64,000 bases of DNA from Lama guanicoe. Lineage: Eukaryota. The position numbers were made by a program, and so were the translations under genes. The stretch spans positions 2,964,161 to 3,028,160 of the forward strand of contig MU054323.1 in the NCBI GenBank assembly GCA_013239625.1, given 5' to 3'. The notes beneath the pieces were generated by a model. It had not been told where the DNA came from and did not search any database. It saw nothing but the letters and a program-made list of their open reading frames with translations. Each line of letters opens with the position of its first letter. Position 1 is the stretch's first letter. Positions 11,942 to 23,800 of the stretch are shown one piece after another.

Positions 11942-12316
11942 TGTGTCAATCAGCCCAGGCGCTGCCATAACAAAATACCTTAGACGGGATGGCCTGAATA
12001 ACAGGAATTTACCTCTCACAGCTGTGGAGCCTGAGAAGTCCAAGGTCAAGGTGCCTGCTGGTTTGCTTCCTGGTGAGGGCTCTCTTCCTGGCTTGCAGAC
12101 GGCCACCTCACGTGGCAGAAAGAGAGCAAGACCTCTAGTGTCTCTTCTTATAAGGGTGCAAATCCCATCATGAGGGACCCATCCTCAAGACCTCATCTAA
12201 ACCTAATTATACCCTCCCAAGGACCCATTTCCAAATATCATCACGTTGGAAGTTAAGGCTTCAGCTTTTGAATGGGGGCAGAGGGTAGGCTGGGATACTC
12301 CATTCAGTCCGTAGCA
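11942..12316 (-). mobile_element. MaLR solo LTR (MLT1A/B-like)
   Basis: gctgccataacaaaatacc...aagtccaaggtcaaggtgcc...ggtgagggctctcttcctggcttgcagac...cattcagtccgtagca. Confidence 0.88.
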
Positions 12317-12529
12317 CTATCCTCCCTAAGCTGGAAGTCTTCAGAACAGACTTTGGAAAATCCTAGCAAAGATGGAGGTAAAACAGAGCCATTTGGGGAA
12401 AGAAGATAGTCAGTCCACGCATGTCTATAGCAGGAGTTCTAAACGTTTCCTTGTTCAGGGCAATTGGGCAATCAAAGCGTGAACAGTATTTGCTTCAAGC
12501 ATGTTAAACTCTCCAAGAAGCTCACATTA

Positions 12530-12765
12530 ATAGTAGTTACCACTACCACTTCTGAGTACTCAGTATGAGCTACAGGCCCATGATGAGCCAGGCTTTGTAT
12601 ACATCATCTCAATGCTCTGAACCACTATTTGAGGAAACTGCTTTTCTCATTCCCATTTTCAGATGATGAGACTAGGCTTAAAAAAGCCATTGCCTTGCCT
12701 TAAATCTTACAGCTAGTTAGTGGCAGTTGGTTAGTGGTAAATCTACCCTAAATCTCTCTGACTTT
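12530..12765 (-). mobile_element. MIR SINE
   Basis: cccattttcagatgatgagactaggc...ttgccttaaatcttacagctagttagtggcag. Confidence 0.7.
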
Positions 12766-12913
12766 AGGCACTTATTAAAATGCTGTAAAAATTCCAAAGT
12801 TTTTGGCACATAGGAAACATTGTGCCCAGGACCTGCAGTTAGACTTGTAGTGTCATCTTTCATGTAGAGAACCATTCCTGGTGACTCTAGAGAGGACACA
12901 AATAAAGTCCCAA

Positions 12914-13093
12914 GGCAGGAGGATATATCTCAGTGGTAGAGTGCATGAGGTCCTGGGTTCAATCCCCAGTACTTCCGTTTATAAATAAATACACACATAC
13001 ACACACACACATACATACATACATACATGCATACATACAAACATACCTAATTGGCTCCCCTTCACCAAAAAAAAAATTTTTTTTTAATTTTTT
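12914..13093 (+). mobile_element. tRNA-derived SINE, camelid vic-1-like
   Basis: Pol III A-box-like tatctcagtgg and B-box ggttcaatccc; A/T-rich tail; TSD aagtcccaa at 12905-12913 and 13094-13102; homologous to the copy at 48056-48234. Confidence 0.85.
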
Positions 13094-14296
13094 AAGTCCC
13101 AACTTGAAGTGCAGGGTCCACTTCTCCTTAGTTTTATGTTTTAGGTTTATCACCTCTATCTTGTCACCATGTTTTCATATACTGGTTTCTTCAAACTCAC
13201 CAGATGGTGAATTTAAAGAAGGGATTCTGGAAGAGTAAGCCTGGAGCTTGTGTTGATTTCCTGACATTAATCCCCACCCCTCTACCTCTGTAATTAGCTA
13301 TTTAGTTGAGTAAAATGAATAACTTCTGTGCCTTATACGTCCATCTGTCAAGGCAATATTTTCATATTTTTGAATTTCAAAGAGGAAAACAACTTGTCAC
13401 TCTCAACCAAAAAACCTGGCTTTCTTGCAAAGGGACTGCTAAAAAGTTTTCCTCTGCATAAAACACTTCCAAGGACTCGCCTCTAGCAAACAGGGCAGTG
13501 TGCCTTGCCATGAATGAATCCATGGATTTCGTGGGAATTTCTTCCTCTGAGCATAAGAACCACCTGTTAATATGCCACTTTCATTTCCAGTGGAAACAGA
13601 AAGAATGGGGGAAAAAAACCTAAAGTCGGGAATTTTTAGGTGCAAAAGAGTATGGCTAAAAAGAGTAAGGCCTGAGAGCTGCTACTAACAAGCTGGGTGA
13701 CCTCCCCACTGTCCACACGCTACCCTCTCCCTGCCTCCTCACTTGTAAAAGAAGAGGGGCTTCCCAACTGACACTGCAGACCCCCAGCTCACGATCCCAT
13801 GGGTGATGGATCTCATAGTGACATTTGTACACCAGCCCCAGCTCAGATTCCTGGGAAATGCAGAACCCGCCTAATTCACTCCAGGGGAGCTCCACAATTT
13901 TGATCAGAAGGATCTCAAAATAAGAAGCTTTAACCTAAACCATTCCAGACACATGGAAATTCACTCTCTCTTTCAAGTTCTTTTAAAATGATGTACAGAA
14001 CACTACACAGTAGTCAGTGTTAGTGTCTGAACAGCACTCGTGATCCATAAGTTCTTCTTTATCTCTTGCCTAAATGATCAAAATTGAAATGAAAAATAAA
14101 GACCAGCTTTCCATCATATTCCAGGTCATGAAATTATTTCTATTTGGTGATAACAATTAAATTGCTCTCCAATCTGTTCCTTTCCTATTTTATTTCCATT
14201 ATTAATTTTAAAGTTACTCATTACTTAAACATGTGCAAAAGCACTGAAAATAATACAACAGCAACCTTTGCTTTTTGCTAAAGTTAAAAAAGCAAT

Positions 14297-14713
14297 CATT
14301 TGGAATATTATTCCACCATAAAAAAGAACGAAATAATGCCATTTGCAGCAACATGGATGGACCTAGAGATTATTATATTAAGTAAAGTAAGTCAGAGAAA
14401 GACAAATATTATAGAAATAGATTCACAGACATAGAAAACAAACTATGATTACCAAAGGGGAAAGAGGCAGGGGAGGGATAAATTACAAGTTTGGGATTAA
14501 CATATATACACTACTATATATAAAACAGATAAACAACAAGGACCTACTACTGCATAGCACCGGGAGCCATATTCGATATCTTGTAATAATCTATAATGGA
14601 AATAATCTGAAAAAGACTATGTATAAATATGTATATGTAGGTATAACTGAATCACTTTGCTATACATCTGAAACTAACACAACTTTGTAAATCAACTATA
14701 CTTCAACAACAAC
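14297..14713 (+). mobile_element. 5'-truncated L1 (cetartiodactyl-type ORF2 end plus 3'UTR)
   Basis: aatgccatttgcagcaacatggatggacctagag (ORF2 PFAATWMDLE); TSD aaaaaagcaat at 14286-14296 and 14714-14724; internal deletion around the ORF2 stop. Confidence 0.9.
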
Positions 14714-14759
14714 AAAAAAGCAATTCTTTATAAAAGACATAAGCCACTACAGATATGGT

Positions 14760-15620
14760 CAGTCACCTCTCTATCCCAATCTACTGCTTTCCTCTGCAGA
14801 CGTAACCACCATTAGAAACTGACGTGTCTGCCTCTCATGCAGACACGTATGTATACACACATAGTGATTTATACTGCTTTTTATGAACTTTCAATTGTAT
14901 ATCAATGGTATCATATTGACTATACCATTTTAAAAATTGCTTTTTTCCCCTCAACAAATATTTTTAAGACTCATTCATATGTCATTTATTTTATCTGCTG
15001 TATATATATATATACCATAAATGGATAATTAAGTTGATCCCAAGTTTTTTGCTATAATACACAATGTTTCAATGAGGATCCTGGTTAATATTTCCTTGTA
15101 CACATTTAGGAAATTTCCTTTGGGGCGTATATACCTAGAAGTACTTGCACCAAGTTACAGTTTGGCCAGCAGTGGATAATCTCCCCGTCTTCTGTGTCTT
15201 CACTATTAACACTTAATTGTGCCAGTTTTCCATTTTTGCCAAATGGATGAGTGTGAAATGGCATTTAATATTTCCCTTCACTCTAGTGTGTTTGATCATC
15301 CTTTTACTGGACATTTATGCTCTCCTTTTTGCGACTGGCTAAATAAAAACCTTTGACTATTTTGTATACTGGGCTACTTTTCTCCCTTACTTGATTTGTA
15401 GGGATTTTTATATGTTCCAGATTCTAATTCTTTACTGATGCATGTGCTGAAAATATCCTCTACCCTGGGGCTTATCTTTTCACTTTGGCCATGGTTTCTT
15501 TTGTCATGCAGGAGTTTGTAATTTTAATGGAGGCAAACGTATCAATCATTTGCTCTACGGTTGGCTTTTTCTGGGTTTTGTTGGAGTAGTCCTTCCCTCT
15601 CCTGGGGTCATAAGTATATT
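14760..15620 (-). mobile_element. Old L1M/L1ME remnant
   Basis: T-rich; tatacctagaagt, ttttgccaaatggatgagtgtgaaatggcattt, tttgtaattttaatg are typical of reverse L1ME. Confidence 0.65.
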
Positions 15621-15869
15621 CTTCTGGCCAATCTCACATAGATTAATATCTCAGTGTCTCAGTGTCTACCATCTCTCCTCCACAGTTCTTTTAAAAAGTA
15701 TTGTAAAGATTATTTGTTGCTATTTTGAAAGTAACATGTGATTATTACAAAAGATCTAGGAAAAAGCAGAAAGAAAACAAATCAGTACATTATTCGGTCA
15801 CTTTAAAAATAATTCTTATGCTCCTTGAAGGATAACCCTATTGATGGCCCTCTCTACACTACTGAAAGG

Positions 15870-16030
15870 AATGTGTTAGTGAACAGGATTGAGCTTTGGA
15901 GAAAGGTCTGGATTTGCATCTTATCTTTACTGCCTTCTAGCTAATTTGTCTTGCACACGATACTTAGTTCCTCTGAACTCCAGTTTCCTCATCTATAATG
16001 TAAGGACAACAGCTCCTGCACTGGATTGTT
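15870..16030 (+). mobile_element. MIR SINE
   Basis: ctctgaactccagtttcctcatctataatg MIR core. Confidence 0.7.
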
Positions 16031-17427
16031 ATGTGTCCCAATTTATATCAGATTTCACAAGGCAGACCTACAGCTGGTAACAACTCTTCTTAAAGAATCC
16101 TGTGAGCCGCTTCCCTGTTTCATACCTGTGTGCAAAGGTCCCTGGAGAAAAGTGGGGACAGAGCCATGGACATACTTATTATCTTAAGTCTGGGTGGTGG
16201 GCAGGATCCCGGGAAAGATAAATTCCATGGGTTGGTGAAGCTGCTACCAAGCCACGGTGGTATCCATTCTAGAGCCTGCTCCAACAGTCACTAGACTCCT
16301 TCCTCCGTTTATAAAACGCATTGCACAGACAGTGCCTAAAACGGCATGGAAACTAGCTGGAGAACAAACGCCACCAGCTGATCTCATCCTCAGTACTTCC
16401 CTGTTCAAAGGAGTTAATTAGCCAAGGGGAAAACAATTGACTTTTTTGGTATTATATAATTCCATTGTATTTTTGCCAGGTATTGGATTTCACCACCCAC
16501 TGCCATGGTGTCACATCATGAAAGAACTTATTGTTACATACACAAAACAAGACGCACTCATAACTTTGCAAGAAGTAAAATTCCACATTCTTTGTCTCAC
16601 TGAAGTTGGAATCTTCAGGTTAATAGGTTAACTACATTCCATGAATTTAAACATGCCGTGCTTCGAATGAACGTAGCTCATGTTGAGCTGGTCCTTGCCT
16701 GAAGAAAGACTATTTTTAGAAAGCTTGGCAAAGGAAATTAACGTTTTCAGCCCAAGCATGCACGGCCAAATAACTAACTCCACCAAATTCTTTATTACCA
16801 AAAGGGAAAAAAAAGCAACAAAATAATGAAATCTTTCTTTTCCCCATTTTGGGAATTATCTTTCCATGTCTAATTCCCTTCAGCTTTCAGAATCTCCTTT
16901 ACAGATATGTGAGACTAGCTTCCAGGTAGAATGGTTGTCTTTGAAAGTCGAGCTGGAGATCTTCTGATTAGAATCTCTTGTCTTTCCACGTCTTGGAGAA
17001 ATCGTAGAGCCTTTTTGTTTAAAGTGGAAATCTAATTTGAGCTGGACCAGGTTCACTTTCAAGGATTCCAAGGCTGTGGACTTCAGATAAAGAATTTCAT
17101 ACCATTCTCTGAGAAAGTAAAAATCCCTTAAAATATAAAACTAAATCCCTACATGTATTCTTGATAGTTGTATGAATTCAAACTATTTTATTTGCTAATA
17201 AAGACTGAGCTTTAAATAAAGTGTGTGCTTGTTGGGCCAGGATTCTCCCTATTGAAACAACGGAGTTAAAAGAGCCTGAAGAAAGGGGTCCAGTCTTAGC
17301 TCTGAGACCACTCTGAGCAGCAGTGTCGTGGTGCAGTTAGACCAGCATCATTTCTGATGTGGACAACTGCCTCCTGACTGGCCTCCCTAGCTCCAGTTTC
17401 TCACCTCTTCTAATGCACCCTCTACAT

Positions 17428-17612
17428 CAGACAGTCTCAAAGTGTGGTCCCAGACCAGGAGCATCAGTACCACCTAAGACTGTGTTAGAAACACAGGCTT
17501 TTGGGCTCCCCTTCTAGACCTACTAAACCATGAACTCCGGGGTGGGGCTCAGCGTCCATGTTTTAAGGAGCTCTCCAGGTGAGGCAGATGCACACCAACA
17601 CTGGAGAGCTGT
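17428..17612 (+). mobile_element. MER5A MITE inserted in an L2 remnant (L2 about 17340-17750)
   Basis: tctcaaagtgtggtcccagaccaggagcatcag...gacctactaaacc...ctccaggtgaggcagatgcac; flanks are L2-like (ctgcctcctgactggcctccct; aagaccatcatgatctggctcc). Confidence 0.75.
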
Positions 17613-20014
17613 GGTCCACACTGATTCCTTACAGTACAAGTCGAAGCTCATTAGCACAGCTCAAAAGACCATCATGATCTGGCTCCTTAGGTCTCCAGAC
17701 TCACCTTCTGATTATCCTCCTCCAACTCCCCACTCCACTCCTGCAAGGGACCATACAACAGAGTGATACTTACGGAGGGGCCACCTCCTCCACTAAACTT
17801 TTCCTTCCTTTATTCCCATCCAGTTAGTCACTTTGTCTTCTGGTTTCTGCACATCCTCATTTTTAAGAGTACTTTGTGAAATATTTGGATACACTGTTCT
17901 ACTCCTCTAGCCTGTGAAGTCTTTGGAGACGTATAATCATTCACACTTTCTTTCATCAACTAGTTACTGAGCACCAGGCACACAGGTGGGTGCTCAGGAT
18001 GCAATGGCACAGGTGGAACTTCTGTTCTCTGATCTTTGAATCCTTATCACTAGCACAGTAATGTTGTGACACTTTCTTTTAATGAGAATGAGGAGCCCAG
18101 GGTTTATCAAGCATCTACTCAAACTATTCCAAATCCTTAGGTTGCTTTTCAAGACCCTCCATAATTTGACCCTACCCTATTTTTCAATACTTAAGCTCCA
18201 CATGTCTCCATTCCATGATCTGTCTGGTCCTCAGTGGCCTCTTCCCTTTCCTCTGCACAGCCAGAGCACATTAATCTTTCAAAGCCCAGATCAAGTCTCA
18301 GGTCATCCAGGAAACCATCTCTGACAACCTTAGCCTCTTTGCTTATCATCAGTACTTCTTAACTATGTCTTCCCACCAACTATTATTAGCTTCTAATATT
18401 AGTTATTGTATATGCATCTCTGTTTTTTATCTCCAATTTTATCCCAATTTTAAATTTATCTCAAGGAGGACTGGACCTAATTCTTCTCCCTTCCCCAAAT
18501 GGCAGAACAGCAGAATGGTTAAGAGTAAGGACGCTGGAGTCAGAAAGCCCCTGTTCTAATCCTGGCTCAAAAGAAGCAACATTGAGTTCCCAAAGTCCTC
18601 AACATCTAAACCTTGTGGAATCATATAATGCAGGGTAAAGCCTTCTTGCCTCAGCCTTCCCAGGAGCTTCCTTGTGTTATTGTCCCTACAACTGTCCATG
18701 TGATAAGGGATGACCTAATGTGATTCCTGACTGAGTTTCCACAAAGAAAATGGCCACAGGAGTAAAAATAAACAAACGGTGATTCCTAAAGATCCTTTGC
18801 GAAGCATAGATGTTGTTATTCTACACAAATGCAAGCAAATATCCAATCTTCAAAGCTAAAACTATAAAAATGTTCACCTCTTTAGTCTAATAGAGGAAGC
18901 AAGCAACTAACTTTCAAATATTTATCCTGATTTTCATGAGAAAACCAGACATTTGAGAACAGTCAATGAATGACTTTTAGTTTTGCAAAGCATTTTGGCT
19001 TGATTGATTTACTCAGCTTTAGGAAGCAAAGTTAAGCATCTTGCCATTAACTGTTTTAAGAGTCACTAATACCTAATGAAAGATTGTGAAAGCACATGAT
19101 TTCTAGGAAAGTGGCATACCTGTGGGCAGGCCTTCCCTTTGTGTCTTTTCTCTATCCAGGAGAGCTATTTCCTGGAAACTGGTCCCAAGGATCTAGCAGA
19201 GAGCAGAGAGATCAAAGCACTGGGAACTCCGTAGTGTCAAAAAAGAGTGTGGGAGATGAGGACATGGGGGCTGATACTGGAAATTTTTCCACCTCCGTTT
19301 GTTTTCTTAGCTGCTCAGAGGTGCCAGGAGACCCGGGATGGGGAGAGGATGCCTGTTTGGTGCACCCCAGTTGAAAAGTCTGATTAGTAACGGCCAGGGC
19401 TGAGAGCAGCTTTCCACAGGAAGTTCGCTTTGGTTCGGCGCTAGAAATCAGTGTGACGTCTAGCATAGCCAAGTGTCCCTGCAGGACCCCATTGGGAAAT
19501 CACTAGAGTTTTATGAGGTTAGATGCAGTTTTTGTGTAAACAACATAACGTTTTATGATGGGAAACCCAGCCCTTTGCTTTTTATGCAAAAGCATCGATT
19601 AAGGCTTTTTTAATGTTTGAGATGTAAAGAAGTGTGAAAAACGAATGCTGTTTCGGGGCCAGGGGAAAAAGATAACGCAGTAGCTGCTCGTTTAATGAAC
19701 TATCTCATAAAATTACGTAGGGGATTTGTGATAAGTGTGGCAATAAAAATGGTTTTGTTGCCTCTAATTTTCCCAGCTGTGGGTTAAATGTTTTCTAATG
19801 GATAACACCACTACTCTCTATGTTCCTTTTTTATTTCATCACTGATTTAAAATATTTCCCAGAGGAACAGCAATAAATTCACATATTAGATTCTTTAATG
19901 AAAATATTTTAAATAGCAAGATTTCTTTATTTTTGTGATTTGGGGGGAGGGGAGGGAGAGTGTTGTCAAAATTACCTCTTGTAGATAATAACCAAATTTA
20001 AGTAACAGCTAAAT

Positions 20015-20290
20015 TCAAATGGTGGATACATGTCCTTACACGTTTATCAAAACTCACAGAATAAACTCCAAGGGTGAACCCTAATATAAACTATGGACTT
20101 TTGGTGACAATAACATGTCAATGTATATACTCAGCGATGGCAACAAAATACCAATTTGGTGAGAAATGTTGATAGTTGAGGAGGAGGCAGGTTGAGGGGA
20201 CAGGGGGTATATTGGAACTCTGTACTTTTGCTCAATTTTGCTGTGAAACTAAAACTGCTCTTAAAAAGTAATAAAGTCTATTTTTAAAAA
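20015..20290 (+). mobile_element. L1MC-type 3' end
   Basis: gtgaaccctaatataaactatggactt...ggaactctgtacttttgctcaattttgctgtgaaactaaaactgctc...aataaagtct. Confidence 0.85.
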
Positions 20291-20297
20291 CTTTCTG

Positions 20298-20345
20298 GTG
20301 TGTGTGTGTATGTGGGTTTGTGTGTGTGTGTGTGTGTGTGTGTGT
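20298..20345. repeat. (TG)n microsatellite, interrupted
   Basis: Seen directly. Confidence 0.95.
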
Positions 20346-23224
20346 CTTAGGACAAGGGGTTAATTTCCTCTTCTGGTTATCTGTCCTCTAAGGCTAAACC
20401 TTTTTCTGTTTCACCCTTCACAACACACTGGAAACCTTTCTAAAATGCATCGGCCCTGGTTGGTGCTAGGTGTGGCGGCTTCCACACTTGCCAGGGTACA
20501 AGACACCCATCTCCCCAGACTCCCACAAACAAGGCCAGAAGCAAGGAAGGAGGTTAGCCTGACTGTGGACCGCCCCCAAAGTATCCCCTGGAAGTTGTTC
20601 TCCAGACTAAATCTTAGGCATGAGAGGACTATGCTGCTCTTTCTCTTATTTTTGTCAAAGTGAAGGGTGGAGGCAAAAAGGAGAAACCTCCACACTGACC
20701 TTTTCTGAGAGCTGATCCTCAGGTAGTCAGCCCTGCCCAGGGCTTAGCACCATGTGATAACAGGTGACCATTATCAAATTAAGCCACTTATGCCCTCAGG
20801 TCTTCATAAGAGAACACAACATTTGGAAAGCCAGAGCAATTACTGAGATCTGCAGAACCCTCCTTGTCCAAGGCCCCTGAGCGTGTTGGGGCAGAACTTG
20901 ATTGTCTGGGATACTTTGGGCAACCCTGATCAGCAGAGAAAATGACGTGCCAAAGGGGAGGTACCCAGCAGGGAGGACATCACACAGAGAAAATGCCTAT
21001 TTCTTCCAAAATGGGCAGAGAGCATAGGGAGGGTCCAGGAATCAGACAGGTCAGGGCAGACCCTGCAGTGGCCACCCAAGCCCCCCATCTCCACACACAC
21101 ACCCTGGCACACACCCTTTTCCCCAAGGAACACTCAGGGTTCAGCCCATGGCTAACAGTTGCTTCCTGATTTGTGCCTTTCCACCACCAGATCGAGATGT
21201 CAGAGCAGTGAGGTGATGCTGCAACACTCGGTACAGAAATTCACGAACTCATTCACTTCTCCAGGGCACCCTGCTGAGTTAGGCTAGGGGAACAAACGCA
21301 CACAGAGCATAGACCCCGAGCTCCATCAGCTTCTGTCTTTGTACATCTTCCCCCTTGAGAGAAGCAGAAAGAAAGCAGACCAATCTCCCTGCTATTCGGT
21401 GTCTGAAAAGTCAGCCCAGCCCTTCGCCAGGGCCAGACCCCCGGCTCTGCCAGAACTCCCAGCTGCTGCCCGTCCGCCCTGCTGCCCTGCATCCGACCCG
21501 GGGCTGACCTGCCGAGACCACACTTACTAAAAGAGGGAGGTCATTTACTCCCGTTCTTACGGACGTTGGCCTGTTATGGGCCAAAACTGCTGAATTACAT
21601 GTGGTGTTTTACGAGACGATCAAGCGTCAAGGAGCAATGGGATGAAGGCTGCCACACAGATTCGGACACAGCCCCGAAGGAGGGGCCTTGCCAGCCTTCC
21701 TGGTGAGGCTACTCCGGCTGCTGCCCAGGGCACCCTCACTCAAGGCCAAATGTCAGTCCCTGTGTTTTTTACTGTGGTCTCCCCAGAATTTTACCCCCCA
21801 GGAGAACAATTTCTCTATTTTTCACTTTTTCTTTCATTATAGGAAAAGTCACTCCCCTAAAAAAATTACAAACTGAAAAACTTAAATTGCATTTTTAAAT
21901 AAAAGGGGAGACTTTTTTCAAATAAAAGGGGGGTGCGTAGAGAGAAAGAGATTCTCTCTTACATCTCGAGCTAAGAGTAAGACCTGGGACTTCCAAAAAG
22001 GTATGACTCTTAGAAACTGATTAATTTTTAGATCTTAAAAAGCCATACGGTCTCTTTAAAGAGCAATGAAAGCCTGATTCAAGTTGTTAAATTTTATGTT
22101 GTGTGTAATGTTGTAATTGATGTCAAACCTTTCACATTTTCTTACTACTGACATTGGACAGTCTACTCCACTCAAGGGTTCAGTTACCGGAGTCGAGATT
22201 AAGTAACCTAACCAGGAAATAAGGGCAGAATGGAATTTTATTACGTGGAATGGAGAAGTTCAAATGCAAAATAATTAAGCCTGAGCCAAATATAGCCATT
22301 CTCTCTCCCATCCGTTTATTTTGGTGGATAATTGGCTGTATTAGGTATTTCACTGAGCTGCATATAAAACTTTATTGCCCTTGTAAAGTGCATGCTGTGA
22401 ATTCTGATGCTTCTGTGTGTTTGGGGGAACATAATTGTTCCCTTTGCAGAATAGCACTGCTTACCTAGATCCTGAAACCAAAATAGGCTTCCAGGACGCC
22501 TGCAGCTGAAACGCCCCAGCGCTGGGATGTGTTTAAGGAGCTCAGATCGCAGCTGAGGAGAGAGCACCACGTAGCAGTTAGGAAACGAGCTCCCTGATCT
22601 CAGAGCACGTGAAATGCAGAGTGAGACACCTGCCCATTTGATATGGGCTCTGCCAAGTCACTGCTGGGCTCATGGTGTTTGTGCTCCAGTGCTTAGGCAT
22701 TAAGAAGTCAGCCCTGAATGTGGTTCACCAGATCCCCATGCGCGTGACAAATGGGTCTTTTCCGAGGTGGTCTTGCCACTCCCCCTCCATCCTTCTCAGA
22801 AATGCAGTTTGTATAATGCCGAGGGCCCCCTTTTACTGTGCATCCAATGCCATAAGAACAATATGGAACTGACCTAATTAAAATCGTTTTCTGGGAAAAA
22901 CAATATGTGGCTACATACGGTTTCAGTTAGGTTCCAAAAGCTTTCCTATTCTTTTCATTCCAACAATATGCCTGAACCCCCATCTCGGATTGTTTTTACA
23001 AGCAGATTTCACAATGTATTCCCCCAGGTAACCCGCTATGGCCTTGCTCCTCTGCCTGTACCCCTCCTTGCCCTTCCAGCTCTTTCTCAGCCTAGTTTCT
23101 AAGACGTCTAATGCCCTGAGCGTTAGAATCCTCAGGCCTCAGAGCTTGCAGCCGCAGTGGAGCTAAGTCACCTGCAGAAAAGCATACCTTCATTTTGCAA
23201 CTTACAATGCTATGCAGCATTTCA

Positions 23225-23374
23225 TATCCTGGTTCTGTGGACCCCAGGAGTCTCTGAACTTCCATAAGTGATATATTTGTATATTTGTGTACTTTTCTAG
23301 GCAGAGGGGCTGGAACTTTCACCAGATTCTCAAAGGGCTCTGTGGCCCTTGAAAAAAGAAGTTAGAAACCACTG
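23225..23374. mobile_element. hAT-type MITE, same family as 10335-10501
   Basis: ctttcaccagattctcaaagggctctgtggcc...gttagaaaccactg. Confidence 0.6.
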
Positions 23375-23519
23375 GCTGAGCAGGAGAAGCAGATTATTCA
23401 ATAATAATAACAGCACATATGAAGAGCTTTATAAGAGAAGCATGCCCCTAGCACAGTTCCAAGCTCCCGCATCAACACCGGTTGAATTTGTACCAAGTGC
23501 AGGGGAAGCTGGGAGAAAA

Positions 23520-23800
23520 GAATGACAACTGATGCCAGGGGCAGGGTGGGGAGGGGAGTATCAGTGTTTTCAAAGGAGGTCACCCTTGGATGAGTTTTTG
23601 AGAGATGAGTGAGAGTGAACCAGGAGGGGAAGGTGATCTGGGCAGAAGCAATCCTGCCCTGGAGACAGTGTGACAAGTTCCAGGAAGGGTGAAAGTGCAA
23701 GGTGTAGGGCAAGAGATGAGGGCTACTGGGAAGGTGGGTCCCAGATCACGGAAGGATCCAGCCTTCCCTGAGCAGCTGTACGAGGCTCATGGGCAACCAG
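23520..23800 (-). mobile_element. L2 remnant
   Basis: ggaggtcacccttggatgagtttt...ccagatcacggaagg...ggaagttgttcagcaggg, a purine-rich reverse L2 pattern. Confidence 0.5.

Noticed and set aside
12914..12975. tRNA gene (also about 48150-48234)
   Set aside because: A/B boxes belong to SINE heads with A-rich tails and TSDs; no complete cloverleaf is evident.
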